A DNA stretch of 64,000 nt, taken from NCBI GenBank assembly GCA_029262195.1, contig JAJCZX010000027.1, positions 4,677 to 68,676 on the forward strand, written 5' to 3'. A model generated the notes under the pieces. It ran no database searches. It saw nothing but the letters and a program-made list of their open reading frames with translations, and was not told the DNA's origin. The position numbers and the translations under genes are program-made. Of this stretch, positions 1-12,552 are shown piece by piece. Positions within the stretch are counted from its first letter, which is position 1; each line of letters starts with the position of its first letter. Source of the DNA: Gemmatimonadota bacterium (lineage in GTDB: Bacteria; Gemmatimonadota; Gemmatimonadetes; Gemmatimonadales; GWC2-71-9).

Positions 1-2051
1 TTACAACAGCGAAAGGCGTTGAAAGAGAGCTCGCTTTGGCGCAGGAAGAAGCGAGAAAACACGCCGAGCGGCAGCGCCTGGCGATGGTCCACAGCGACAG
101 CGGACTTTGGGACATTGATCTTGTTACAGGCGAGACCTTCCGAAGCATCCACTGGGGAAGCATGCTGGGCTACGCTCCCGAAGAACAACACCTGATCCCA
201 TCATTCAACGACCTTCTACACCCCGACGACCTCGAACAGGCCAACGCAGTTATAGCGGATCACCTGGCGGGGAAGACCGACGTAGGGCGAGTTGAGTACC
301 GGATGCAGAAGAAGAACGGCGAGTGGATCTGGGCGCTCGACCAGGGCCGCGTTGTCGAACGGGACGAACAGGGTAAACCCACCCGAATGGTGGGGGCCTA
401 CCGGGATATATCAGAACTCAAGGAAATTCAATTCCAATTAGAAGAAGCCAGAAGCCGGGCCGATGCGGCTGCAGTTGCAAAAAGCGATTTCCTGGCCGCG
501 ATGAGCCACGAGATTCGTACTCCCATGAACGGCGTCATCGGAATGACCGACCTGCTGTTGGACACGGACCTTACCGCGGACCAAATGGATCTGGCAGAAA
601 CAGTGCGCTCCTCAGGGGAGGCCCTCCTCCACATAATCAACGAGATTCTCGATTTCTCAAAGATCGAAGCCGGCAAAGTCGAGTTGGAGCAGGTTGATTT
701 CGAGATTCGGACAACCCTTGAGGACACTCTGGAAATCCTCAGCGCACGCGCCGCTGAGAAGGGTCTGGAACTGGCTCTTCTGGTAAATCCCAAAGTCCCC
801 GATTTCGTTGTTGGAGACCCGGGCAGGCTCCGCCAGGTGGTTACGAATCTGGTAGGGAATGCGATTAAGTTCACGGCAGAAGGTGATGTCACCGTCAAAG
901 TATCGACGCTAAACGTCGCCGATCGTGGAACCCGCATCCAGATCGAAGTAGTGGACTCGGGGATAGGAATCCCCGAGGCAGCGCAAGCAAAACTCTTCGA
1001 GGCCTTCACACAGGCCGATAGTTCTACGACACGCAAATTCGGAGGTACCGGGCTAGGACTGACCATCTCCAAACAAATCTCGAATTTGATGGACGGAGAC
1101 ATTGAGGTCACCAGCGTCGAAGGTGAGGGAAGCACCTTCACCGTAACAGTGTGGTTCGGCAGGAGCGAAAAGAAGGTGTCTCCCCCGGGCGGGCACGTAG
1201 ACCTGAGCGGATTGCGGGTTTTGGTCGTCGACGACAACCCCATCAATATCCTGCTTCTTGAGGAACATCTTCGGGCGTGGGAAATGGCGAGCCGGTCGGT
1301 AACTGGTGCGCAGGCTGCACTTGACCTGCTCGCTGAGGAAGCCGCCGCCGACAAGCAATTCGACCTTGCTTTACTGGACCTCTCCATGCCCGACATCGAC
1401 GGCCTTGAACTCGCTCGGAGGATCAAAAGCGATTCGCGTTTCGAACAACTGCCTCTAATCCTTTTGACTTCTGGAGCGAAAAAGGGAGACGCTGCTATCG
1501 CCGAGGAGGCTGGATTTGCGGGATACCTACCCAAACCGGTGCGCGCTCGGGTTTTGCACCGCTGTCTCGAATCAGTCGTGCAGCAGGAAGATTCTCAGAG
1601 CCAAAAGCCGGAGTTGATAACTAAACACACGATAGCCGAACAGGACGCAACCCACAGGCCCTTAGTCCTGCTGGTAGAAGATAACGCGGTAAACCAAAAG
1701 CTCGCCTGCAGGATGCTCGAGAAACATGGATTCAGACCCGTCGTTGCCGCCAATGGCGCAGAAGGTCTCGAGGCTTTCGAACAGGGGAAGTTCGCTGCAA
1801 TCCTGATGGATTGTCAGATGCCCGTAATGGACGGATACGAATCCACAATCGGAATCCGCGAAATTGAGAAGGGAACGGACGGCCGTGTCCCGATAATCGC
1901 ACTCACTGCACACGCGATGGAAGGGGACCGTCAGCGATGCATCGACTGCGGGATGGACGACTACCTGCCGAAACCGATCACGCTTCATACGCTCGGCGAA
2001 AAACTGGAAAAATGGACAGGGATTAGGCAGACGACCAGCCCCCGCCAATAG
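1..2051 (+). CDS. Hybrid sensor histidine kinase/response regulator (PAS-HisKA-HATPase-REC-REC), 5'-truncated by the window edge
   Basis: Frame is open from position 3. PAS (DLLHPDD), H-box MSHEIRTPMNG, N-box NLVGNAIKFT, G-boxes DSGIGI and GGTGLGL, two receiver domains (VLVVDDN, VLLVEDN...MDCQMP). Confidence 0.93.
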   Translation, partial: TTAKGVERELALAQEEARKHAERQRLAMVHSDSGLWDIDLVTGETFRSIHWGSMLGYAPEEQHLIPSFNDLLHPDDLEQANAVIADHLAGKTDVGRVEYRMQKKNGEWIWALDQGRVVERDEQGKPTRMVGAYRDISELKEIQFQLEEARSRADAAAVAKSDFLAAMSHEIRTPMNGVIGMTDLLLDTDLTADQMDLAETVRSSGEALLHIINEILDFSKIEAGKVELEQVDFEIRTTLEDTLEILSARAAEKGLELALLVNPKVPDFVVGDPGRLRQVVTNLVGNAIKFTAEGDVTVKVSTLNVADRGTRIQIEVVDSGIGIPEAAQAKLFEAFTQADSSTTRKFGGTGLGLTISKQISNLMDGDIEVTSVEGEGSTFTVTVWFGRSEKKVSPPGGHVDLSGLRVLVVDDNPINILLLEEHLRAWEMASRSVTGAQAALDLLAEEAAADKQFDLALLDLSMPDIDGLELARRIKSDSRFEQLPLILLTSGAKKGDAAIAEEAGFAGYLPKPVRARVLHRCLESVVQQEDSQSQKPELITKHTIAEQDATHRPLVLLVEDNAVNQKLACRMLEKHGFRPVVAANGAEGLEAFEQGKFAAILMDCQMPVMDGYESTIGIREIEKGTDGRVPIIALTAHAMEGDRQRCIDCGMDDYLPKPITLHTLGEKLEKWTGIRQTTSPRQ

Positions 2052-2419
2052 GGCCAGTTGAGAAACGGCCCCATTGGGTTCGTTGGCTCCCTTTTTTCGA
2101 CTCGCCATGGAACTTGAGCCGGGCAATCCAACCGGGGACATTTCTGGCACAACTAGCCACTCATCGTTCCCGGAGCCTGCATTTGAAGGTCCAAACACAT
2201 TTTCGCGGCAGGAATTGCCTTGACCCTTCTGTCGACGAACCCGTCCATCGGACTTTCGCAAGACCGCCACCCCGGTTGTGACTCATCGTTGGTCAGACAT
2301 GACACAAGACTCGGCGCATTGGGAGTACGGGGTTTCCCGTGACAATAGACAGAGCTGGAACACCCTGTGGATTATGGATTTCTCCCGCAATCCCGGTTAA
2401 CGACTGCTCAGCAAACCGC

Positions 2420-4804
2420 TTACCGCAAGTTTCCCTCGGTGGAAAGACCGATCCTCGCGAGGATTAGGCCGAAGCGTGGATCGGATCGAACCGGGTCAAA
2501 AATAGGCGACGCAGTCGGCTCGGAACTAAAGAAAGCGTCGTGCGACTGCTCGGCTAATTCCAGGGATTGCAGCGCTTCATCGTGATTGCCCAAACCAATG
2601 TGTATTTTCGCCATCGCTGCGGGTGCGTTGGGGGTAGTCGGGTCCAGTACTTCTAACAAGGCCCGTGCTTCGTTTTCAAGACCGAGCCGAGCATAAGTGT
2701 ACCCCAAGAACCCGGTCACGGTGGGTATGGAAATCATTTCCGCCGCGATTTCGAATTCTCGGCGCGCCGACTCCAGGTCACCAGCATACAATTCGACGGC
2801 GCCAGCCATAAAATGTGTCACCGGTACCGACGGCCCTAGCTCCAATGCGCGTTCTGCCCAGAATGCCCCGCTCTGGTAATCGCCCGCCAACGCAAGCGCC
2901 ACTCCGCGCAACGACGCAACCACAGGCGACATCGGATCGCGCAATGCGGCCATCTCGAAATGTCTGGCGGCGGCATCGAAGTCACCCATCACAAGGTTGT
3001 TTTCACCTAGCCACTGATGCACTGACGGTAGTTGGGGGTCCAACTCGGCAGCCAGCCTCAATTGCTCTGCAGCTTCATCCCACCGCCACGCCGAATTCAA
3101 CAAACTGCCCAGCGACGCCCTTGCCGTCGCCAGCTCGGGATCAAGTTCCACAGCACGATTGGCCGCTTCAAGTGCCGACGGGAGAATTGAATCAATGCGA
3201 GCGGCGGTGTATAGCGGCAACAGCCCGATCGCATCTGCTAGGCCCGCGTATGCCGCCGCATAGGTCGGATCAATCGCGATCGCATCGCGGAAAAGTTGCA
3301 ACGACGACTGGATCTGATCCTGTCCCCGTTGTCTCATAAGGTAACTCGCCCGTATGTACAGGTCATACGCCTGTTTATCGTCCGTTCCCCGCCTCACCAT
3401 TGTCTCCGGCGCAGCGACATCAGCAAAACGCTCCTGCAAAGCTGATACGATTGCCTGTGCCACCTCCTCCTGAACCTGAAAAATATCGTCCAGCTCCCGG
3501 TCGAATGTCTGCGACCAGAGGGAAAGGCCATCTTCGACGTTGATCATCTGGGCTGTGAGGCGCACTCTCGAATCGGACAAACGTACTGTGCCTTCAATAA
3601 GAGTCGCGACGTTGAGCGTGCCACCGATGTCTTCAAGCGGAGAGTTGGTCCCCTTGAACGCGAAGGACGCCGTGCGAGACGCAACGCGCAAACCGGGTAC
3701 CGTGGCAAGAGCTACCGTCAACTCATCAGTCATCCCATCAGCAAAGTACTCGTCGCCAGAACCGGTGTTTACAAAAGGCAACACAGCTAGTGACTTCCCG
3801 TCGCTGTCGTCGCCCGAAAAGGCCCTTCCGAACTGCAGCCATGCGCCTAACCCTACGACGATCGCGATTGCTACTCCGACAATTATGTTCTTGCTCCCCG
3901 ACCCACCGCGAGCACGCGCAGTCGTAATTCGCTCGGCACCAGATGCGGACACAACGCCAGAGATGGAGAGCCAATCCACCAACTCTTGCGCCGACTGCGG
4001 CCTGTTGCCCGGGTCTTTCTCCAGACACTTCATCACCAGATCCTCAAGTTCCGCCGGGATATCCGAACGTAACTCTCCAAGCTGTCGGGGTTTCTCGGAA
4101 ATGTGAGCCGTGATCAACTCGTGCGGCATTAGATAGTCGAACGGCGGACGACCGGCCAGCATTTCATAAGCCGTCGCGCCCAGCGAATAGATATCGGCCC
4201 TGTGGTCAGTCGACGGATCTGCGGCGGCCTGTTCGGGGGCCATGTAGCGCGGCGTGCCCAGCGATATCCCGATGGCCGTCTGGGTCGAGTCCGCAACGCT
4301 CGCACTTTGACCAGCCACACTCAACGCCTTGGCGACGCCAAAATCAGCCAGCATCGCCACGCCCGCTGAAAGAAGTACGTTATCCGGCTTGATGTCGCGG
4401 TGGACGATCCCCTGTTTATGAGCGTAACTGCACGCCCTGGCGACTTCTCGAACGATCTGTACCGCTTCGGCAATCGGCAGCGGGTTCTGTTCAGCCAGGC
4501 GATGACTCAGTGACATGCCCTCGACAAAAGGCATCGTGAAAAACGGAAGGCCATCAGCTTCGCCGGCAGTGATCACCCCAACGATGTGCGGATGCTGCAG
4601 ATTCGCAGCGAGCATTACCTCTCGTTTGAATCTCCCGAGCGGAACCTCTCCCACCAGCTCCGCCGCGAAGACCTTTACAACGACCTTGCGCTCAAGTTTG
4701 AGATCTTCGGCGAGGTACACAGTGCTCATACCGCCGCGCCCGATTTGTTTGATAACGTTGTAGTCAGGCCCCAGGGCCTTTTGCAATGACTCGATCAATA
4801 TCAA
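2420..4804 (-). CDS. Hanks-type Ser/Thr protein kinase with TM segment, TolB-like domain and TPR repeats
   Basis: IGRGGMSTVY, VVVK, HRDIKPDN, DFG motifs; TM NIIVGVAIAIVVGLGAW; SLAVLPFVN...YFADGMTDEL; helical repeats. Start is TTG 4804 or TTG 4798 (the latter fits AGGA spacing better). Confidence 0.92.
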   Translation of the reverse strand: MILIESLQKALGPDYNVIKQIGRGGMSTVYLAEDLKLERKVVVKVFAAELVGEVPLGRFKREVMLAANLQHPHIVGVITAGEADGLPFFTMPFVEGMSLSHRLAEQNPLPIAEAVQIVREVARACSYAHKQGIVHRDIKPDNVLLSAGVAMLADFGVAKALSVAGQSASVADSTQTAIGISLGTPRYMAPEQAAADPSTDHRADIYSLGATAYEMLAGRPPFDYLMPHELITAHISEKPRQLGELRSDIPAELEDLVMKCLEKDPGNRPQSAQELVDWLSISGVVSASGAERITTARARGGSGSKNIIVGVAIAIVVGLGAWLQFGRAFSGDDSDGKSLAVLPFVNTGSGDEYFADGMTDELTVALATVPGLRVASRTASFAFKGTNSPLEDIGGTLNVATLIEGTVRLSDSRVRLTAQMINVEDGLSLWSQTFDRELDDIFQVQEEVAQAIVSALQERFADVAAPETMVRRGTDDKQAYDLYIRASYLMRQRGQDQIQSSLQLFRDAIAIDPTYAAAYAGLADAIGLLPLYTAARIDSILPSALEAANRAVELDPELATARASLGSLLNSAWRWDEAAEQLRLAAELDPQLPSVHQWLGENNLVMGDFDAAARHFEMAALRDPMSPVVASLRGVALALAGDYQSGAFWAERALELGPSVPVTHFMAGAVELYAGDLESARREFEIAAEMISIPTVTGFLGYTYARLGLENEARALLEVLDPTTPNAPAAMAKIHIGLGNHDEALQSLELAEQSHDAFFSSEPTASPIFDPVRSDPRFGLILARIGLSTEGNLR

Positions 4805-4923
4805 TCTTCCTACGGGGAAATCGTCTGGCTACTCAGAGATTAGATGCCCCAATCGGACAAAAGGTTCACTCCGAACGTCCAGCGGACAACTCCACCCGGT
4901 GGACCAGACAGCAACGGCTGAGG

Positions 4924-5376
4924 CTACTCAATCACGAATACAATTTTCCTGGCGGTAGCCTGAGTTGTCTCGCCGCCATAAAGATTCTTGATCTTATCCA
5001 TCAAGTCTCGATTGCTCGTATTGACCTGCACTCCAATCAAAACATTTTGATTTCGACGCCTCGGGAGACCGTTGGGTAGCGAGTAACGGCGCCAGCGGTA
5101 GCGCGTACCATCTTCGGTCCGGAAAGAAAAACCATCGGGAAGATATGGAACAAACGCTGCGGGCGGCGTACCCGATCGGCCATTGCGCGGGTGGACTCCC
5201 GTATCGGAGAACTGGTTTAGCGCTGCGATCTCGATTGTGTGAACGTCAGCGATGATCCGCGCTGCTTGAGCCTTCAAGCGAATATCACCAAAGAGCGGGA
5301 AAGCGATGTTGGCCAGAATCCCTATTATCACGGTCACGACCAACATTTCGATAAGAGAAAATCCCTTGCGATTCAT
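4924..5376 (-). CDS. Type IV pilin / T2SS pseudopilin with class III signal peptide
   Basis: MNRKG|FSLIEMLVVTVIIGILA N-methylation motif with Glu+5. Confidence 0.9.
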   Translation of the reverse strand: MNRKGFSLIEMLVVTVIIGILANIAFPLFGDIRLKAQAARIIADVHTIEIAALNQFSDTGVHPRNGRSGTPPAAFVPYLPDGFSFRTEDGTRYRWRRYSLPNGLPRRRNQNVLIGVQVNTSNRDLMDKIKNLYGGETTQATARKIVFVIE

Positions 5377-5858
5377 TGTGGCGTTCCCTCCGTTGCTCGG
5401 TCGAAGGACTCTTCAAAGGGGGTCAGGTCCTCACCGGATTCATAGGTAACGGTTTCCGTTTCTAATGCCACCGAAATCGTGTAACTACCGGAATTTTCCT
5501 GGTAAGACACACCGTCGTCGTCCATGCTTATTTGCTCAAGGTCGGGTGGATAGAACCCCATAGAGTCTCTAAATAACTCCAGCTCGGTGGCCGTCACATA
5601 GATCGTAAACTCAGCTCCGGCCACCTCTCGTTCCACGGAAAAAATTCTTTCGGGCGCGGAAGTCCCCACGAGGTTCCAGACAGTCATCGCTATTGCAACA
5701 GGGGTTAGCACAACCAGTATCGGGACCAGGCTGCGTTGCAATTTGTTGTGACGGTCCTTGTCCAGTTGGGCAATGGTCTGTCTCGACTCCACCTCGGATT
5801 GCATAATCTTATTGATATGATCGCCAGATCCGCTCGGTTGTGTACCCTTCTCGTCCAT
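5373..5858 (-). CDS. Single-TM hypothetical protein with a pilin/GspG-like C-terminal region
   Basis: ATG at 5858 (MDEKGTQ) after AAGGAAGG; ATGA overlap with the prepilin; TM LVPILVVLTPVAIAMTVW; segment LELFRDSMGFYPPDL resembles the GspG post-helix motif. Confidence 0.65.
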   Translation of the reverse strand: MDEKGTQPSGSGDHINKIMQSEVESRQTIAQLDKDRHNKLQRSLVPILVVLTPVAIAMTVWNLVGTSAPERIFSVEREVAGAEFTIYVTATELELFRDSMGFYPPDLEQISMDDDGVSYQENSGSYTISVALETETVTYESGEDLTPFEESFDRATEGTPQ

Positions 5859-5991
5859 GCAATGCCTTCCTTTTATCCCAACGTCTCTGAATAACGTCAA
5901 AATCTCCGGGGTGCAGCGCCAGCCACCACAGGGGCGACCAGCCGTCACTCCCCTTCAAGATAGGGAATCGAGCACGAAACCGCACTAGTTC

Positions 5992-9082
<3,091 letters not shown>

Positions 9083-9285
9083 GATCTAAACTCTATCTAA
9101 ATAGGATTCCGCAGGCGACCTGCGAACCCCTCCGGTTTTGGTCGCCAATTGTTTCTCTGCGTCCGACCACGGCAATCCACGTGCCCTATTCGACTGTCAA
9201 TTCGACGGTCCCGCAAGTCGTTTCGACAGGCTCAGCGATGAGGTGTGACAACTTCTTCAGGTAAGCTGTCCGGTTTGAGGCGGAC

Positions 9286-9326
9286 AAAAAAATGCGCCGA
9301 CCCCAAAGGGCCGGCGCATCTTTTTT
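9286..9326. terminator. Bidirectional intrinsic terminator
   Basis: A-run, ATGCGCCG-A-CCC-CAAA-GGG-C-CGGCGCAT stem-loop, then T6; lies just downstream of the 9359..9784 stop. Confidence 0.85.
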
Positions 9327-9358
9327 GATGGCGGCTTGGTTCTATCACCCGTGTCCAA

Positions 9359-9784
9359 TCACTTTATGACGGTCATCCGTCTTGAAAGGACACGCCGACC
9401 GTCTACAGACAACTGATACACGTAGACGCCGGAGGCAGCTTCGCGACCGGTACCCATCACCTTGCCGTCCCAATACGCTGTGTATTGGCCGGTGCCATTC
9501 CAACTGAGTTCAAGATCGAGAATTTCTTCTCCCGATCCTTGCACCACCGGAACAGCTACGAGTTGGGCCAAGATATTATAAATCTTAATGCTAACCACCG
9601 GTTTCCGTCCGTCCTCGAAGAACCCTTCCGGCAACGCGAAAGGAATCGTTGTTTCCGGATTGAACGGATTCGGGTAGTTTCGCCCTAACTCAACCTCGCC
9701 CTGTTGACCCTGTTGGGCCGTGGCGACGGCGGGTACTGCCGCTAGAAGCCCGAGCGATAGAGCAGCCCAGGCAAAATACTTCAT
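9359..9784 (-). CDS. Secreted protein made only of a signal peptide and a T9SS type-A CTD / FlgD Ig-like domain
   Basis: AVATA-Q signal peptide; NYPNPFNPETTI, KIYNILAQLV, WDGK...ASGVYVYQL motifs; GGAG RBS. Confidence 0.85.
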   Translation of the reverse strand: MKYFAWAALSLGLLAAVPAVATAQQGQQGEVELGRNYPNPFNPETTIPFALPEGFFEDGRKPVVSIKIYNILAQLVAVPVVQGSGEEILDLELSWNGTGQYTAYWDGKVMGTGREAASGVYVYQLSVDGRRVLSRRMTVIK

Positions 9785-9854
9785 TTGTAACTCCTGACAA
9801 AAAAGGTCTTTAAGCTCTCTCCTAGCATGAGTTTATAGGTTTCCCACACAGAAC

Positions 9855-9884
9855 AAGTTACGGTGAAATGTCAACTTTTGTCAA
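9855..9884 (-). promoter_or_regulatory. Candidate sigma70 promoter for the CTD-only gene, overlapping the selB 3' end
   Basis: TTGACA (9884-9879), 18 bp, TAACTT (9860-9855); a second TTGACA at 9874-9869. Confidence 0.4.
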
Positions 9885-11769
9885 CCGGTCCGGCGGCGAT
9901 CCGTTCGCCCTTCGGTCCCAAGAGTCTGACGTCTCCTTTTCGGGTGGTAATCCCTTCGCCATCCATCCACTCCAGCAGAGGGATCAAGTACTTTCTCGTC
10001 AAGCCAGTTTTCTCTCGCAAATCAGCCGGGCTCACCTCCCCCGAAGCACTTGCGACAGTGACGACCACCCCTATCAACTCAGTCATAACCGCGGTGGTGT
10101 AATAACGTTCCGACCCGACCCTGGTGAGCTCGCCGGATCGCACCAAAAACCCCAATATTTCGTCGATCAGTCCGGTGTCCTGCCCACGAACCAATTGGTC
10201 CCGGCCGACGCCCTGAAAACCTTCGAAACTTGCTTTTCCCTTGATTACTCCAGCCAATTCGGCCGCCTCAGGTCCAAGTTTGGGTTCAAAGCCTGGAATT
10301 CTGGCGTAAGCACCGATTAGCTCCACTCCAGCATCTGACGCCCACTTGACCAACAGAGCCTCCCCCAGGGATCCTGGCCCGAGAAGCGGTCGTAACTGTT
10401 CGAGCAAAATACCCGGCTCGGCAGACCGTTCCCGGTGAAACCGCAAGAGCTCCTCGGACACACGGGCAATTCGGGCCTCCACCGCCGAGGCCGATAGCAA
10501 CAACTCTCCAGCTTCAACCAACCCGGAAGCCGGCTCAGCCACCCAGTCCAATTCCCGTTTCCCGAATCCCAACCGTATCACCAGTTCGTCCCGTAATATT
10601 TCTCCGTGAGCTCCGAGAAACGCCATCACCCGTCGTTGAGGCACTTCACTCCCCTTTTCCTTCCACGCCACTGGACGGCGCGGGCGCTGGGGTGGAAACG
10701 GGTCGACAACGGTGATCCCCCCAATCGTCGCCATCGGTGAGTAGCTCCGTACCACACCTTTGTCCCCCCATCTGGCAACCACCGGGGACTCCAGACGTAA
10801 TCTCGCCCCGAACGAACCACCGGGAACGATATCACCCTCAGCAGGTGTAACCCGCGCCATCACTTCCGCTGTACCCAGATGAACCCTGACTCGAGATCGC
10901 TGGCCGAGGGGTTTGGCCCCAGGGGTCAACTCAATTGCAACATCAATAGAATCAGTTGCGCGCCATGCTTTGTCTCCGACGACAACGTCCCCGCGTCCGA
11001 CACCGTCACGGTCGACCCCGGTCAGGGCGAGGGCGGTACGGCGGTTGGCGTGAGCGGCATCAGATTCAGCACCATGAGTTTGGATTCCACGAATTCTCGC
11101 TTTGGCGTCTCGGGGTAGAAGAAAAACGGTGTCGCCTGTCCTGACTGTCCCACTCCATACGGTCCCCGTCACCACAGTACCGGTACCGGCAACAGTAAAC
11201 GAACGATCGACCGGCATCCGAAACAATTCTCTTTCGTCCGTTGCGGACTCTCGGGACAGGGAGCAAATCGATTTCTTTAGTTCTTCCACGCCCTCCTCGG
11301 TGACGGCCGAAAATTTTACAGGCTCCAACCAGCTAACTGAAGACTCTCCAAGTCGGTCAACTACCTCGGAGGTGACAAGTTCGAGCCAGTCGTCTTCAAC
11401 CAGGTCCGTTTTGGTGATGACCGGAATCCCAACCGGCACGTTTAGAAACTCCAGAATTGAAAGGTGTTCAAGGGTTTGCGGCATGAAACCTTCGTCCGCG
11501 GCTACGACCAGGAGAGCCGCATCAATCCCCGTGGCACCTGCAACCATGTTCCTTACGAAATCCTCGTGTCCTGGGACGTCAACGAGACTTACGAGCAAAT
11601 CACCGAGGTGCAGGCTGGCAAAACCGAGGTCCATTGTAATTCCACGTCTTTTTTCCTCTTCCCACCGATCTGTGTCGATACCGGTGAGGGTCTTCACCAT
11701 CGACGTCTTGCCGTGGTCGACGTGTCCGGCAGTGCCAAGGACCAGCTGTTTTAATTCAGTGCTTCCCAA
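9871..11769 (-). CDS. selB: Selenocysteine-specific elongation factor SelB
   Basis: [32 protein letters not shown]; C-terminal winged helix [14 protein letters not shown]...RKGDVR. The TTG start overlaps the recO stop by 19 nt. Confidence 0.93.
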   Translation of the reverse strand: MGSTELKQLVLGTAGHVDHGKTSMVKTLTGIDTDRWEEEKRRGITMDLGFASLHLGDLLVSLVDVPGHEDFVRNMVAGATGIDAALLVVAADEGFMPQTLEHLSILEFLNVPVGIPVITKTDLVEDDWLELVTSEVVDRLGESSVSWLEPVKFSAVTEEGVEELKKSICSLSRESATDERELFRMPVDRSFTVAGTGTVVTGTVWSGTVRTGDTVFLLPRDAKARIRGIQTHGAESDAAHANRRTALALTGVDRDGVGRGDVVVGDKAWRATDSIDVAIELTPGAKPLGQRSRVRVHLGTAEVMARVTPAEGDIVPGGSFGARLRLESPVVARWGDKGVVRSYSPMATIGGITVVDPFPPQRPRRPVAWKEKGSEVPQRRVMAFLGAHGEILRDELVIRLGFGKRELDWVAEPASGLVEAGELLLSASAVEARIARVSEELLRFHRERSAEPGILLEQLRPLLGPGSLGEALLVKWASDAGVELIGAYARIPGFEPKLGPEAAELAGVIKGKASFEGFQGVGRDQLVRGQDTGLIDEILGFLVRSGELTRVGSERYYTTAVMTELIGVVVTVASASGEVSPADLREKTGLTRKYLIPLLEWMDGEGITTRKGDVRLLGPKGERIAAGPVDKS

Positions 11770-12500
11770 TAGTCCAAAGCCTTTAGTTCCCGGCCTTCGG
11801 CCAGGTGGTAGTGAATGAAACGCGAGAGCAGTCGCCGATGAGCAGCCGCAGTGTTCTCCTCAAACACAGGAATCCCTTCAAGAGTGTCTTCGATGGCGTG
11901 CCCAATGAATCTGCGGTCAGCTGCGGGAACCATAGAGAGGCGACGGCCCAGTGCGCAGTCATCGCAGAGAAAGCCACCATCCTTAACAGAGAAAGGCGCA
12001 TCACCCTCGCTCACTGGACGCCCGTCCGCCGCGCACTCGGTAAGAGCCGGGGCATATCCCAACTCGCGAATCATGCCCCACAACGAGAGAATTCCATCGA
12101 CCACGAGCTGTTCGCCGGTGGAACCACACAATTGATTCAGGCGCGAATGGAGATAGACGTAAAGCTGCGGGTGCGGTTCTGACGACGAAAACTTTATGAC
12201 CAATTCGGCGAGAACGCCAGCCAGTGCGAAACGTTCGACGTTGCCTGCAAGTTCGCGCCGAAGCTGGTTAACTTCGAACTCCCCCAGAGTATTTAATTCG
12301 CGGTCTGGTTTCACGTAGATATGAGCAGCACCCTCGCTGTGGGCCTCCAGCGATGCACCAAATTTACTTTTCGGCCGCATCGCCCCCTTCGCCACCACAC
12401 TCTGGAGCCCGAGATCGAGAGTTAGCAATCTCACGATCTTCGAAGTCTCCCCGTAGCGGTAAGAATGGAGAACAATGGCGGGAGTCGTCACAAGCGTCAT
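11751..12500 (-). CDS. recO: DNA repair protein RecO
   Basis: [20 protein letters not shown]...VAKGA N-terminal OB fold; zinc-finger-like region CAAD...CDDC. Confidence 0.92.
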   Translation of the reverse strand: MTLVTTPAIVLHSYRYGETSKIVRLLTLDLGLQSVVAKGAMRPKSKFGASLEAHSEGAAHIYVKPDRELNTLGEFEVNQLRRELAGNVERFALAGVLAELVIKFSSSEPHPQLYVYLHSRLNQLCGSTGEQLVVDGILSLWGMIRELGYAPALTECAADGRPVSEGDAPFSVKDGGFLCDDCALGRRLSMVPAADRRFIGHAIEDTLEGIPVFEENTAAAHRRLLSRFIHYHLAEGRELKALDYWEALN

Positions 12501-12552
12501 GTCTGAAAGATAGGCTGACGCCGCCCGGCATGCATGACAACCTCAGGGACGT

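Noticed and set aside
428-1534. Long antisense ORFs over the kinase, and likewise over clpB (6866..7726), purM/ribD (30003..30833), mtaB (40206..41144) and ftsA (58504..59334)
   Set aside because: Shadow ORFs of well-supported genes in GC-rich DNA; low-complexity translations with no family motifs.
2145-2160. TGGCAC resembling a sigma54 -24 box
   Set aside because: GG to GC spacing is 10 rather than 12 and there is no downstream + strand gene.
2245-2270. GAAAGTCCG on the minus strand resembling RNase P RNA
   Set aside because: The flanking GAGGAAAGTCCGGGC and the 3' ACAGAA-CCGGCTTA consensus are absent.
5931-5954. GC hairpin downstream of tadA
   Set aside because: No U-tract on the coding strand, so it cannot be supported as a terminator.
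9220-9242. TTTCGACAGGCTCAGCGATG, reminiscent of REP-like intergenic repeats
   Set aside because: Only one copy seen in the window and no associated nuclease or transposase.
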